Assembly: GCA_001776785.1 (NCBI GenBank) | Contig: MFDF01000002.1 | Span: 6,894 to 70,893, forward strand | Reading direction: 5' to 3' | Length of the DNA stretch: 64,000 bases | From: Candidatus Daviesbacteria bacterium RIFCSPHIGHO2_12_FULL_37_16 | GTDB lineage: Bacteria; Patescibacteriota; Microgenomatia; Daviesbacterales; UBA10151 | Program-made: the position numbers and the translations under genes | Notes under the pieces: generated by a model | The model's input: only the letters and a program-made list of their open reading frames with translations | Databases searched by the model: none | Told to the model about the DNA's origin: nothing | In this document: piece after piece, positions 10,181-20,394 of the stretch | Layout: every line of letters begins with the position of its first letter | Numbering within the stretch: position 1 is the stretch's first letter

Positions 10181-10969
10181 ATGAAGAATGAGGCATGTGT
10201 TTTAGGGTTTGGGGTAGTTGGAGGAGCTACTGCAAAAGCTTTAAAAATTAAATTCCATTATGATATTGATCCCTCAAAATCAAACATAAATTTTAATAAT
10301 TTAAAAAAATACCGGTTAATTTTTGTTTGTCTGCCAACCCCAATTCAAAAAAATAAAAAATATAAACTTAATCACATAAGTTCAATCATTAAAAAAATAG
10401 AAAAGCTTGGAGGAGAACCAATCTATATAATAAGATCAACAGTTTTTCCAGGGTTTGCAAAAAAATTACAGGAACAGTTAAGAACTGAAAGAATTGTATC
10501 TAATCCGGAGTTTTTGTCAGAAAAAACTGCTTATAAAGATACAAAGTATCCCCCTTTTTTGTTAGTAGGGGGTTCAAGTGGAAAATATACAAAAATAGTA
10601 GTTGATTTTTTGAGAAGATATGTTAAAGCCCCATTGATACTGACTGATAATACTTCTGCAGAACTGGGAAAACTGGCAATGAATTCTTATTTTGCAATCA
10701 AAGTAATATTTGCAAATCAACTTTATGATATTGCTGCAAACATTGATGCTGATTATGACTCTGTTAAAAAAATACTGGAGTCCCACCCATTTGGTCCGAA
10801 TAATCATTTTAAGGTTTGGTTTAATGATAAAAGAGGAGTAAGGGGTAATTGTCTGCCTAAAGATTCGGCTGTATTTTCAAATTTTGCTGGGTCAGACCTT
10901 GTTAGAAAAGCTGTAAGTTTAAACAAAAAGTATATAAACATAAAACCCCAAAGTGAAAAAGACCTTTAA
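10181..10969 (+). CDS. UDP-glucose/GDP-mannose dehydrogenase family protein, C-terminally truncated (lacks UDP-sugar-binding domain)
   Basis: Rossmann N-terminus (LGFGVVGGA), central dimerization helix region and catalytic-Cys motif RGNCLPKD about 35 aa before the stop. Full-length homologs continue for more than 100 aa. The next gene overlaps the 3' end. Confidence 0.55.
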   Translation: MKNEACVLGFGVVGGATAKALKIKFHYDIDPSKSNINFNNLKKYRLIFVCLPTPIQKNKKYKLNHISSIIKKIEKLGGEPIYIIRSTVFPGFAKKLQEQLRTERIVSNPEFLSEKTAYKDTKYPPFLLVGGSSGKYTKIVVDFLRRYVKAPLILTDNTSAELGKLAMNSYFAIKVIFANQLYDIAANIDADYDSVKKILESHPFGPNNHFKVWFNDKRGVRGNCLPKDSAVFSNFAGSDLVRKAVSLNKKYINIKPQSEKDL

Positions 10970-11645
10970 ATTTTCAGTTATAATCCCTTTTTTTAATGAA
11001 GAGAAGACAATTGAAAAAATTGTCAGGAAAGTACATGCAAGAAAAGAAGTGGATGAAATAGTACTTATTGATGATGGGAGTAAAGATAGTTCATTTAAAA
11101 AAGCTTCTCGTTTAAACTTAGCAAAGCTAAAAATTTTTCAGCATAAAAAAAATAAAGGAAAAGGTGCTGCAATGCTGACAGGATTAAGGAAAGCATCCGG
11201 CGATGTTTTATTATTTCAGGATGCGGATTTAGAATGTTTTCCATCTGATTATCCTAAGCTTTTAAAACCTCTTTTAGAGTGTGATGCGGATTTTGTAATT
11301 GGGACCAGATGGGAAAACCATAATGGTTATTTTTTAGCCCAAATGGGAAACAGGTTATTAACAACTATTATTAATGTTTTGTTTTTTACAAACTATAGGG
11401 ATGCATACTGTGGATATAAACTTGCACGGAAAGAAATATTTACAAATTTAGGCTTAAGCAGTAAAGGTTTTGAGATAGAGGGAGAGATTGCTTCCAAGGT
11501 TGCTCTAAAAAGGCTAAGAATGGAGCAGGTAAATGTAAAATACAAACCAAGAAGTTATAAAGAGGGAAAGAAGATAAATTATAAAGATGTTTTTAAAGGA
11601 ATGAAGAAAATTATGGAAGTTAGAACTGGAAGCTTACTTTCTTAA
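10953..11645 (+). CDS. glycosyltransferase family 2, polyprenol-phosphate sugar synthase-like (Dpm1/GtrB-like)
   Basis: FSVIIPFFNEE...LIDDGSKDSS, DAD motif and 230 aa size typical of Dpm1/GtrB-type enzymes. Confidence 0.6.
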   Translation: MKKTFKFSVIIPFFNEEKTIEKIVRKVHARKEVDEIVLIDDGSKDSSFKKASRLNLAKLKIFQHKKNKGKGAAMLTGLRKASGDVLLFQDADLECFPSDYPKLLKPLLECDADFVIGTRWENHNGYFLAQMGNRLLTTIINVLFFTNYRDAYCGYKLARKEIFTNLGLSSKGFEIEGEIASKVALKRLRMEQVNVKYKPRSYKEGKKINYKDVFKGMKKIMEVRTGSLLS

Positions 11646-13211
11646 TTTGTAGATAATTAATGTTCCATCCTGAGTATTAGTTGAATATATTTTCTCCAAA
11701 TTTGAGTGGTTAAAACTATTATTAAAAAGTGGTGCCAATTCTTTTTCTCCTGCTAATTCCCTCTCCCAGGCTATTAAAAGATCAGCATTTTTTTCCAGCC
11801 CATAATTTACTACATTGTTGACACTGGTCTGTGGAATGTAGATAGTCTCCCCATTTGTATAGAACTCAAAAACTTCATGGCGGGCCATTATTTTGGGGTT
11901 TTTATCAGTGTTTTTGGTTATCCAGTCAGATATTTCAAGTATTTCGGGCCGGTAATTTATATTGTTTATGCTTTTAATGAGTGAGTAATCGATATTGAAT
12001 AATTCAGATCTTAAGGTAGAAGGAAAAAATAAGGTTAAAAGAAAAGGTATAATCAGCAGGTATTTATTTCTAAAGATTTTTTTTACTAAAAAAAGAAACC
12101 CAAAGTAATAAAGAAATATTACTATTGGAATAGTCCAAAACAAGTATCTGATATCGGGGATAGCGGTTGAGAATACAGTTATTGGGATAGTAGTGGTAAA
12201 TACAAATAAAGTGAAAGTTAAAGGCCAAAATAATTTTTTATCTGCAATATTTAATAATCCCAGCCCGGCAATCATAAAAAACCACAAAGGAAAAATCTCT
12301 AATGCAACTTGAGTCCATTTGTTTAATTTTTGAAAAAACCAGATGCGGTACTTATTGAAATTATCCAGGATATATTCTGTACTGTCTTTGAAATAATCCG
12401 ACTGATAATTTGGGTTTTTAACTGATACAACCTCTTGGGACCAGGTTGTGTTGTTTTTAAAAGAAAATGCATGATCCTGCTGTATTTGGGCATTAAATTT
12501 TTGTGACAAGGTCCAATATCCAAGTTTATTTTTCATAACATAAATATAAGGACTTATTGTTACTATAAAGATTGCTATAAATAATGGTACAAATAAAAAA
12601 TTTTTAAATAAGAGTTTTTTTCTAAAAATTTGAGCAGATAAGAAAAAAATCAGGAATGACAGATAGACTGCAAAGAATAAAGTTCCCTCTGACCTGGTTA
12701 AAAAAGCCAAGCCGCAAAGAAACGAGGATAAAAATAAGAGTTTTGAGTATCTTTGAAAATCCCAAAATGCAAAAAACATACAGACAAACGAGAAAACAAT
12801 TAAAAAAGCTGCAAGAGCGTCTGTTTGAGGGAATAAAGCAATTTGAAGAATATTTAAGTTCAAAATGATTGTAACTAAGAAAAAGACAGATGAAACTGAT
12901 CCTATGATTTTTTTAGATAAAAAGAAAAGAGGCAGAAGCATTAAAGTTATTGATAATGCAGAAACCATCCTCAAAGAAATTTCCCAATTTTTTATGAATA
13001 GAAAAACTAAAGCAGAAAGAATAGGATAAAGGGGAGGCCATGCTGGGTGAAATATTAAACTATATTTTCCTTCCAGAAAAAAGCGGGCGAGGCTTGCATA
13101 AATTGCATCGTCCGAAAAAAAGGTCAGATTTGTGTTTAATATAAGGTATATTAGGAAAGACTGATAAATTATAAGAATTAAAATTAGGACTACGTGTTGT
13201 TTTTGTACCAT
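11634..13211 (-). CDS. GT-C fold membrane glycosyltransferase (ArnT/PMT-like)
   Basis: DDAIYASLARFF motif in the first loop, more than 10 TM helices and a C-terminal soluble domain. Only large minus-strand gene in the island besides rsmH and the UXS-like gene. Confidence 0.5.
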   Translation of the reverse strand: MVQKQHVVLILILIIYQSFLIYLILNTNLTFFSDDAIYASLARFFLEGKYSLIFHPAWPPLYPILSALVFLFIKNWEISLRMVSALSITLMLLPLFFLSKKIIGSVSSVFFLVTIILNLNILQIALFPQTDALAAFLIVFSFVCMFFAFWDFQRYSKLLFLSSFLCGLAFLTRSEGTLFFAVYLSFLIFFLSAQIFRKKLLFKNFLFVPLFIAIFIVTISPYIYVMKNKLGYWTLSQKFNAQIQQDHAFSFKNNTTWSQEVVSVKNPNYQSDYFKDSTEYILDNFNKYRIWFFQKLNKWTQVALEIFPLWFFMIAGLGLLNIADKKLFWPLTFTLFVFTTTIPITVFSTAIPDIRYLFWTIPIVIFLYYFGFLFLVKKIFRNKYLLIIPFLLTLFFPSTLRSELFNIDYSLIKSINNINYRPEILEISDWITKNTDKNPKIMARHEVFEFYTNGETIYIPQTSVNNVVNYGLEKNADLLIAWERELAGEKELAPLFNNSFNHSNLEKIYSTNTQDGTLIIYKLRK

Positions 13212-14146
13212 TCTATTGTTTTCTGCAGACCTTCTTCCAGAGTGATATTACATGAGTAATTGGCAAGACTTAAAAGTTTTGTATCATCAGGAATCCTGAA
13301 TTTTGGTTCTTCAAAGTCCTTTGGGTTTTTTATAAAAACTATCTTTGATTTTGAGTTTGTAATTGAAATTATAGTCTTGGCTAATTTTAATATTGATATG
13401 GGTTGAGGCCTGCCAATGTTTATTACTTCACCAGACGCTTTTCGAGTTGCAGATATTTTTATTAGTGCATTGATTGTGTCATCGATAAAGGTGAAAGAGC
13501 GGATTTGTTTACCATCCCCAAAAATTGTAACATTTTCTTTTTTTAAAGCCTGGGTAATGAATTTTGGGATCACATTTGAATAAACCGGATTTTGTGAACG
13601 GGGACCGTAAACATTAAACAGTCTTGCAGCAGATCCACAAAACCCAAGTTTTGAGTAGCTTAAGATGAGGTGTTCTTCCAAAAGTTTTGCAGTAGCGTAC
13701 CACCATCTGGTTATATGAGGAGGTCCAAAAACACTATCAGTAGTATTTTCTGAAAAAATTTTTGCAGGATTTTTACCATAACATTCTGAAGAAGAAGCAT
13801 AGACTAACTGCTTTTTGTACCTAAAGGCATCTTCGATGATATATGATGATGATCGGCTATTGGTATGGATTCCCAGAATTGGATTTTCCAAAACATTGGA
13901 AACACCCACAACTGCTGCCAGGTGAAAGATTAAATCAGATTGTCTGATTAATTTTTTGATTAAATTTAAATTATTGATATCTCCTTTTATAAAAGTAAAC
14001 TTTTTATTTTTAAAATACCCATTAATGTTTTTTCTTAAGCCTGTGGATAGGTTATCTAAACATACAACTTTATGGTTTTGATCTAAAAGCTTATCTATTA
14101 AGTGTGAGCCTATAAAACCTGCTCCTCCTGTAACTAAAATATTCAT
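13190..14146 (-). CDS. NAD-dependent epimerase/dehydratase (UDP-glucuronate decarboxylase / UXS-like)
   Basis: Start MNILVTGGAGFIGSHL (GxxGxxG) and YxxxK catalytic motif (YATAK). The track ORF extends 12 codons upstream; ATG at 14146 chosen. Confidence 0.65.
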   Translation of the reverse strand: MNILVTGGAGFIGSHLIDKLLDQNHKVVCLDNLSTGLRKNINGYFKNKKFTFIKGDINNLNLIKKLIRQSDLIFHLAAVVGVSNVLENPILGIHTNSRSSSYIIEDAFRYKKQLVYASSSECYGKNPAKIFSENTTDSVFGPPHITRWWYATAKLLEEHLILSYSKLGFCGSAARLFNVYGPRSQNPVYSNVIPKFITQALKKENVTIFGDGKQIRSFTFIDDTINALIKISATRKASGEVINIGRPQPISILKLAKTIISITNSKSKIVFIKNPKDFEEPKFRIPDDTKLLSLANYSCNITLEEGLQKTIEWYKNNT

Positions 14147-14172
14147 TCTCAACTTATACACAAATTGCAAAT

Positions 14173-14838
14173 ATGATTGCAAGCTCTTACACTATATATA
14201 TGCTGTATCTTGAGCATATTAAGCTTTCAAGCAGGGGATTAGAATTTACTGATAAAAATGGGAAGGGGTTGAGTGTCGGACAAGCTTTGGCTAAAGCTCT
14301 TAATAGAGTCTATAATTACTTTTTAGATATGGATTTGTTAATACTTAGGATTATAAGTTTTGTACCATTCCACTTTATAAGATGGTTTTTTTATAGCTTA
14401 GCTGGTGTAAAAATTGGGAAGGGTGCACATATACATATTGGAACGCAATTTTATAATCCCCGGGGTGTAAGTATTGGTGAAGGGTCAATTGTTGGTCAAA
14501 ATGCTTTTTTGGATGGTCGGGATAAGCTAAATATAGGAAAATCTGTTGATATTGCATCTGATGTGATGATTTATAACAGTGAGCATGATATAAATAGTGA
14601 AACTTTTGAGGCAACTTCTGCGCCTGTTGAGATAGGTGATTATGTTTTTATTGGTCCCAGAACAATTATTTTGCCGGGAGTAACAATAGGAAAAGGCGCT
14701 GTTGTTGGTGCAGGTGCAGTTGTAACTAAAGATGTTGAGGAGTTTAAAATAGTTGGGGGAGTACCAGCACAAGTAATTGGTGAACGAAATTTAAAAGACC
14801 CTCACTACCATTTAGGTAGGCCAAGGCTGTTCCAATAA
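14173..14838 (+). CDS. hexapeptide-repeat (LbH) acetyltransferase, sugar O-acetyltransferase-like
   Basis: Repeated [LIV]-G-x-x-x-x hexapeptides (IGKGAHIHIGTQ, IGEGSIVGQNAFL, IGKGAVVGAGAVV). The true start may be downstream (Met at 14329), giving a divergent promoter region shared with the UXS-like gene. Confidence 0.6.
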   Translation: MIASSYTIYMLYLEHIKLSSRGLEFTDKNGKGLSVGQALAKALNRVYNYFLDMDLLILRIISFVPFHFIRWFFYSLAGVKIGKGAHIHIGTQFYNPRGVSIGEGSIVGQNAFLDGRDKLNIGKSVDIASDVMIYNSEHDINSETFEATSAPVEIGDYVFIGPRTIILPGVTIGKGAVVGAGAVVTKDVEEFKIVGGVPAQVIGERNLKDPHYHLGRPRLFQ

Positions 14839-15429
14839 ATGAATAAATTCAAATTTAATTTTAGAAAGAACTGGTTTCTACTAGCAATTTTTTTATTAGG
14901 TTTGGTTTATGTTTTAGTGCCTGGTCCTGAAAGTATTTATGAGGTGCCTGCAGTTCCATATTCTTTAAAATCTATTCAGGAGGGAGATACTTTTCAGAAT
15001 AAAAATATAGCAGCGTACTACACAAATTATAGAAGAGCTTTTTTAACATTCTTCTATAAGTCTTATTTTGAAAAACAACTTATTCCTGGTTTACCCATAC
15101 CTTTAATTACTTTAAACCATCCTCCTGAGCTAGCTGGGGTTTATGTCAGAGACCAGCAGGAAAGTACGTTTTTAGAAGAATACACCAGGCCACTGCGGGA
15201 ATCACTTTTTGTAAATGGTTATGAGCCTTTGGTTGAAAATTTTATAAGAAGGAGACAGGCTGATAAATTAGGTAATAATATTATCTATAATGGTGAGCTC
15301 TATGCCACAAAAACAACAGTAAGGTATTATCCAACATTGGCAATTTTTAGAGTATTAGTTTATTTAGGAATTTGGGCAGCAGGAATTTACCTTTATAGAC
15401 TTTTTAGGAGTGTACAAAAGAAATACTGA
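14839..15429 (+). CDS. hypothetical membrane protein
   Basis: N- and C-terminal hydrophobic helices. No recognisable motif. Confidence 0.3.
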   Translation: MNKFKFNFRKNWFLLAIFLLGLVYVLVPGPESIYEVPAVPYSLKSIQEGDTFQNKNIAAYYTNYRRAFLTFFYKSYFEKQLIPGLPIPLITLNHPPELAGVYVRDQQESTFLEEYTRPLRESLFVNGYEPLVENFIRRRQADKLGNNIIYNGELYATKTTVRYYPTLAIFRVLVYLGIWAAGIYLYRLFRSVQKKY

Positions 15430-16328
15430 TGTCTGTTACTGTAAGCATGATCAGTTTTAATACAAAAGATTTAACAAAAAATTTAGTTAGCCAGCTTTTA
15501 GAGCAGGATTATAAGGGCAGGTTAGAGATAGTGGTTATTGATAATAATTCATCAGATGGTTCAGCTGAGCTGCTTGAAGAAGAATTTAAAGGAGAAATTA
15601 AAGTTATTAAAAATGAGGTAAATTTAGGTTTTGCAATAGCCCAAAATCAAATTTTGAAAAATATTAAGACAGATTTTGCAGTAGTTTTAAATCCTGATAC
15701 AAGTATTCCTAAAAACTTAATTTCTGCAATGATAAAGTTTATGGATGAAAATGCTAAGTGCGGAGTTGCCAGCTGCAAAATCTTAGGATTTGATGGAGTT
15801 CTTCATTCAAATGGTGGGGATTTTCCAGAAGGGTTAGCACTCTACAGCTGGCTTTTTAATTTAGAAGTATTAGGGGTTAAGAAAAATTTCCATAGAAGTG
15901 AAAAACCTTATTTTGAGAAACCTCATAAAGTAGACTGGGTTGGTGGAACATTTATGATTATAAGGAAAGAAGTTTTAGAAAAGACTGGTGGGTTTAATGA
16001 GGATTATTTTATGTATTTTGAGGATGTTGAATTTTGTTATTTAGTGAATAAAAAAGGTTTTGAAGTTTGGATTAATCCGGCAGTAGAGATTAAGCACAAA
16101 AGCGGTGCTAGCTCAGATGATCCAAATTTCAAACAATGGTGTGGTGAATTTAAAGGGGTTATTAATTTTTATAAAAAAACTTTATTTAATAGAATGGCTG
16201 GATTGCTGGCATCAATGTTTATTAAAATATTTATTTATATAAGTACAATTCTAAGGATTTTAGCATTTATCGCCTTAGGCAGGTTTAATACTGCCAAAAC
16301 ATATGGAAAAGTTTTTATCAGTATTTAA
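15429..16328 (+). CDS. glycosyltransferase family 2 (rhamnosyltransferase-like)
   Basis: VSMISFNTKD...VVIDNNSSDGS and NPD motif. Confidence 0.65.
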   Translation: MSVTVSMISFNTKDLTKNLVSQLLEQDYKGRLEIVVIDNNSSDGSAELLEEEFKGEIKVIKNEVNLGFAIAQNQILKNIKTDFAVVLNPDTSIPKNLISAMIKFMDENAKCGVASCKILGFDGVLHSNGGDFPEGLALYSWLFNLEVLGVKKNFHRSEKPYFEKPHKVDWVGGTFMIIRKEVLEKTGGFNEDYFMYFEDVEFCYLVNKKGFEVWINPAVEIKHKSGASSDDPNFKQWCGEFKGVINFYKKTLFNRMAGLLASMFIKIFIYISTILRILAFIALGRFNTAKTYGKVFISI

Positions 16329-17736
16329 AGAAAAATACTATTTTTATTTAGTATTAATTTTAGTGGTGTTTATACCTATTTATCCAAAATTGCCTTTAAT
16401 TGGTGTGGGAGGAACATATGTATCTATTAGGGCTGAAGATTTTTTTATATTTTTAACAGGTTTGCTTTGGTTTGTATTTTACTATAAGGATCTAAGGAAA
16501 TATTTAAAACAGCCTATTTACCAGGCTTTTATTTTATTTTGGTCAATAGGACTTTTGTCTTTAATCTCTGCATTTACAATTACTTATTTTATTCAGCCAC
16601 ATCTTGGGATTTTGCATTGGCTTAGAAGAATAGAATACATGTCACTTTTTATAATTGCTGCAACCACTATTAAGTCAGTTGATCAGATTAAATTAATTTT
16701 GAAAGTGTTTTTAGCAGCAACAGTATTTATAATTTTATATGGATTTGGTCAGCAGTGGTTAAATTTTCCGGTTATATCTACTACTAATAGAGAGTTTTCA
16801 AAAGGACTTATATTATTTTTAACCCCTGAGGCAAGGGTTAATTCTACTTTTGCAGGGCACTATGATTTAGCTGCTTATTTAACTGTAGTTTTAGTAATAC
16901 TCAGCAGCTTGTTTTTTTTCTATAAATCTTTGAGGTCCAAACTAATTGTTGGAAGTATAGGTCTTTTAAGTTTTGTACTGCTTGGTATGACTGCTGCCAG
17001 GGCATCATTTGCAGCAGTTTTGGCAGGAATTGCATTAAGTTTTTGGCTAAACCAAAAAAAAATGTTAATTATTGTCTTGTTTGTTTTGGCATTAAGTACT
17101 GTGGCAGTAATCCCAGATCTCAGACATAGGTTGGTGGCCACAATTACTGTTAATTTATTAGGAGGGGGAGGGCCAAAATATACCCTGCCTGAGGGGGTTT
17201 CAGTTGACCCTTCAAAAAGGTTGACTGAGGAGGAAAGAGTGAAGGTTTTGGAGCAGGTAGTCTCTACAGGAGGGTATAGCACTGAAAATATTGCTACTGT
17301 TGCCTCAGATATTGCCCCTGGTGAACCAATCAATTCAACTGAACTTGGAGTCTACAGGTCATATGGGATAAGACTTGATGTTGAGTGGCCAAGGGCTTTA
17401 AGAGCATTCTATAAAAATCCATTCCTGGGGACAGGATATTCTTCTCTTTCTATTGCAACAGATAACGATATTCTAAGATCATTAGGGGAAGTTGGCCTTT
17501 TGGGAACACTAGCACTTTTTTTAATTTTCTGGATTCTTTTTAAGAATTTCTGGAAATTTTTAAGAAAAAGTCAGGGATTTGAAAGATTTTACATTGTAGG
17601 AATTATCTGTTCTGTATTTGGTCTTCTTTTAACCAGCTTATTTATTGATTTATTTGAGGCTTCTAAAATTGCTACTTTGATGTGGTTTTTCTTAGGAGTG
17701 ACTTGGGCAATGGTTAGAAATTACCGAGATGATTAA
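16303..17736 (+). CDS. O-antigen ligase / Wzy-like polymerase family membrane protein
   Basis: About 10 TM helices with a Wzy_C-like periplasmic loop (NPFLGTGYSSLS...D). Contains A9 and T8 homopolymer tracts. Confidence 0.55.
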   Translation: MEKFLSVFKEKYYFYLVLILVVFIPIYPKLPLIGVGGTYVSIRAEDFFIFLTGLLWFVFYYKDLRKYLKQPIYQAFILFWSIGLLSLISAFTITYFIQPHLGILHWLRRIEYMSLFIIAATTIKSVDQIKLILKVFLAATVFIILYGFGQQWLNFPVISTTNREFSKGLILFLTPEARVNSTFAGHYDLAAYLTVVLVILSSLFFFYKSLRSKLIVGSIGLLSFVLLGMTAARASFAAVLAGIALSFWLNQKKMLIIVLFVLALSTVAVIPDLRHRLVATITVNLLGGGGPKYTLPEGVSVDPSKRLTEEERVKVLEQVVSTGGYSTENIATVASDIAPGEPINSTELGVYRSYGIRLDVEWPRALRAFYKNPFLGTGYSSLSIATDNDILRSLGEVGLLGTLALFLIFWILFKNFWKFLRKSQGFERFYIVGIICSVFGLLLTSLFIDLFEASKIATLMWFFLGVTWAMVRNYRDD

Positions 17737-19207
17737 AATTATGAAATTTTTTAAATTACCCATGATCTACTTATTTTTAATATTAGTTTTGGCTTTTAGT
17801 GTCCGCCTTTATAAATTGGACAGTCCTGTTGCCGATTGGCATTCCTGGAGACAGGCGGATACTGCAGCAGTTTCCAGGAATTTTTACAAAGAAGGTTTCA
17901 ATCCATTTTATCCTAAATATGACGATATGTCCGGTGTGGCAGAGATACCTAATGTAAACACAGAAAGATACAGATTTGTAGAGTTTCCCATTTATAACTC
18001 TTTGGTTTATTTTGCTTATTTAGTAAATGGTGGAGTTGACGAAAGATTAGCAAGACTTGTTTCTATTATATTTTCTTTAGGGTCTTTGGTATTTGTATCT
18101 TTAATCACTAAAAAATATTTCGGGTTGTTAACTTCTTTGGTTGCAGCATTTTTATTTGCTGTTTTGCCATTCAATATATTTTTTTCAAGAGTAATTTTAC
18201 CTGAACCAAGCTTAATTTTTTTTAGCCTGGGTATGTTCTACTTTGTAGATAGATGGATTTTTGAACAAAAGTTTTGGTTATATATTTTTGGGGTTTTGTT
18301 TACAGCATTAGCATTATTGACCAAACCAATGGCAATATTTTATCTACTGCCTCTTATTTATTCATACTTAAAAAAAGAATCAAGGCTTTTTCCTATTCCT
18401 GATAAGTATCTATTGCTATTGATTCCTGCTGTAATTCCTTTTTTAATTTGGAGGATGTGGATGTGGCAGCATCCAGAGGGAGTTCCTGCATCCAGCTGGC
18501 TATTTAATGGGAATGATATAAGGTTTAGGCCAGCATTCTGGTGGTGGATACTGCAGGACAGGTTTGGGAGGGAGATTTTGTCTGTTGCAGGGTCAATACT
18601 TTTTGCAATTGGTTTGTTTGTAAAGCCTAAACCTAAAGAAGGAATGCTTTTGCATTTGCTTGCACTATTTTCTTTTATTTATTTGATAGTTTTTGCAACA
18701 GGGAATGTGACTCATGATTATTACCAAACATTTATAGTGCCTGCACTGGTTATATTTACTGCCAGAGGTTTTGTACTTTTACTTGAAGGGGTTCCTTCAT
18801 TCATTCCAAGGCTTTGGACCATTCCTTTTGCACTGCTTCTTTTGCCTTTGATGATTTATTTTGGCTGGAGAGAGATTAAAGGTTTATACCAGATTAATAA
18901 TGGAGTAATTGTGGAGGCAGGCAAATATGCAGATAAAATATTACCCAAAGATGCAAAAGTTTTAGCGCCATATGGGGGTGATACATCTTTTTTGTACCAG
19001 ATAAACAGACCTGGTTTTCCTTATGTTTATTTACCAGTAGATGAAATGGTTAAAAAATATAAACTGACACACTATGTTTCTGTTAATAGGGATGATAATA
19101 CTAACTTTGTTTTAAAAAACTACAAAATAATTGAAGATAATCCAAAGTTTGTAATTGCGGATCTAAGAGAAAAGGTTAATAGTCAAGTTCAGGATGACAA
19201 GAAATGA
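17729..19207 (+). CDS. GT-C fold membrane glycosyltransferase (ArnT-like, GT83 type)
   Basis: WRQADTAAVSRNF motif in the first loop, polytopic. Confidence 0.5.
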   Translation: MIKIMKFFKLPMIYLFLILVLAFSVRLYKLDSPVADWHSWRQADTAAVSRNFYKEGFNPFYPKYDDMSGVAEIPNVNTERYRFVEFPIYNSLVYFAYLVNGGVDERLARLVSIIFSLGSLVFVSLITKKYFGLLTSLVAAFLFAVLPFNIFFSRVILPEPSLIFFSLGMFYFVDRWIFEQKFWLYIFGVLFTALALLTKPMAIFYLLPLIYSYLKKESRLFPIPDKYLLLLIPAVIPFLIWRMWMWQHPEGVPASSWLFNGNDIRFRPAFWWWILQDRFGREILSVAGSILFAIGLFVKPKPKEGMLLHLLALFSFIYLIVFATGNVTHDYYQTFIVPALVIFTARGFVLLLEGVPSFIPRLWTIPFALLLLPLMIYFGWREIKGLYQINNGVIVEAGKYADKILPKDAKVLAPYGGDTSFLYQINRPGFPYVYLPVDEMVKKYKLTHYVSVNRDDNTNFVLKNYKIIEDNPKFVIADLREKVNSQVQDDKK

Positions 19208-20394
19208 AAATACTAATGCTAACTCCTTATCTTCCGTATCCTCCGTCTTCTGGCGGACAAATCCGCTCATATAACCTTATTAAACAGCTATCTAAAAAAC
19301 ACAAGATAACTCTTTTTTCATTGATAAAATCTGATGAAGAGAAAAAATATGTAGACAACTTAAAAAAGTACTGCCAAGATGTGCATGTTTTTAAAAGGCC
19401 AGAAAAACCATGGACACTGCGAAATATTGTTAGGACCGGATTATCTTTACATCCTTTTTTGGTTGTCAGAAATTATTCCTATCATGAAAAAGCTGCAGTT
19501 GAAAAAATCTTAGCTGAGGAAGAGTTTGATTTGATACATGCTGAAACTTTTTATGTAAGTCCTCACATTCCTGTAACAAAAATACCCGTAGTTTTAGTTG
19601 AGCAGACAATTGAGTATCAGGTATATTCCCACTTTGTGCAAAATTTTTGGATATTGCCTTTAAGACCTATTCTTTTAATAGATGTTTTAAAAATTAAGTA
19701 TTGGGAAACATATTATTGGAAAAAAGCATCCAGAGTAGTAGCAGTATCTGAGCGGGATGCTAAAGTCATGAGATATTTATCTAAGGGACTTGATGTAACA
19801 GTAGTGCCAAATGGAGTAGGTGAGGATTTAATAGAAGAAAATGGGATCCATTTTAACAAAAAAATTTTGTTTATGGGAAATTATGCCTGGCTGCAAAATG
19901 TGGAGGCTGCAAGAGTTTTAGCAAGGAAGATTTTTCCTAAAATTTTAGAAAAAGTACCTGATGCGCAGCTTTTAATTGCTGGTCAAAATACAGAAAAAAT
20001 TTCAAAGCTGGAAAGTAAAAATATTGAGCTTCTGGATTTGAAAATTGATGATATTGATGGAGTAAAAAGAGCATATAAAGAAAGCGGGATTTTGGTGGCG
20101 CCTTTGTACGGACCTGGCGGGACAAGACTTAAAATTTTGGGGGCAATGGCTGCAGGTTTACCTGTTGTAACGACTGAAGTTGGTATTGAAGGGATTGATG
20201 CTAAGGAGAATGAAAGTGTTTTAATAGGTAAAGACTATGCTGGTTTGGCAAAACAGGCAATAAAATTGTTAGAAGACAAAGATTTTTATGAAAAAGTGTC
20301 AAAAAATGCAAGAATTTTAGTAGAAGAAAATTATAGTTATGAATCGATAGCTAAAAAGCTAGACCAGGTTTACCAGGAGGTTTCTAATGGATAA
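19204..20394 (+). CDS. glycosyltransferase family 1 (GT4)
   Basis: GT4 C-terminal domain (GGTRLKILGAMAAGLPVVTT). Confidence 0.65.
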   Translation: MKILMLTPYLPYPPSSGGQIRSYNLIKQLSKKHKITLFSLIKSDEEKKYVDNLKKYCQDVHVFKRPEKPWTLRNIVRTGLSLHPFLVVRNYSYHEKAAVEKILAEEEFDLIHAETFYVSPHIPVTKIPVVLVEQTIEYQVYSHFVQNFWILPLRPILLIDVLKIKYWETYYWKKASRVVAVSERDAKVMRYLSKGLDVTVVPNGVGEDLIEENGIHFNKKILFMGNYAWLQNVEAARVLARKIFPKILEKVPDAQLLIAGQNTEKISKLESKNIELLDLKIDDIDGVKRAYKESGILVAPLYGPGGTRLKILGAMAAGLPVVTTEVGIEGIDAKENESVLIGKDYAGLAKQAIKLLEDKDFYEKVSKNARILVEENYSYESIAKKLDQVYQEVSNG

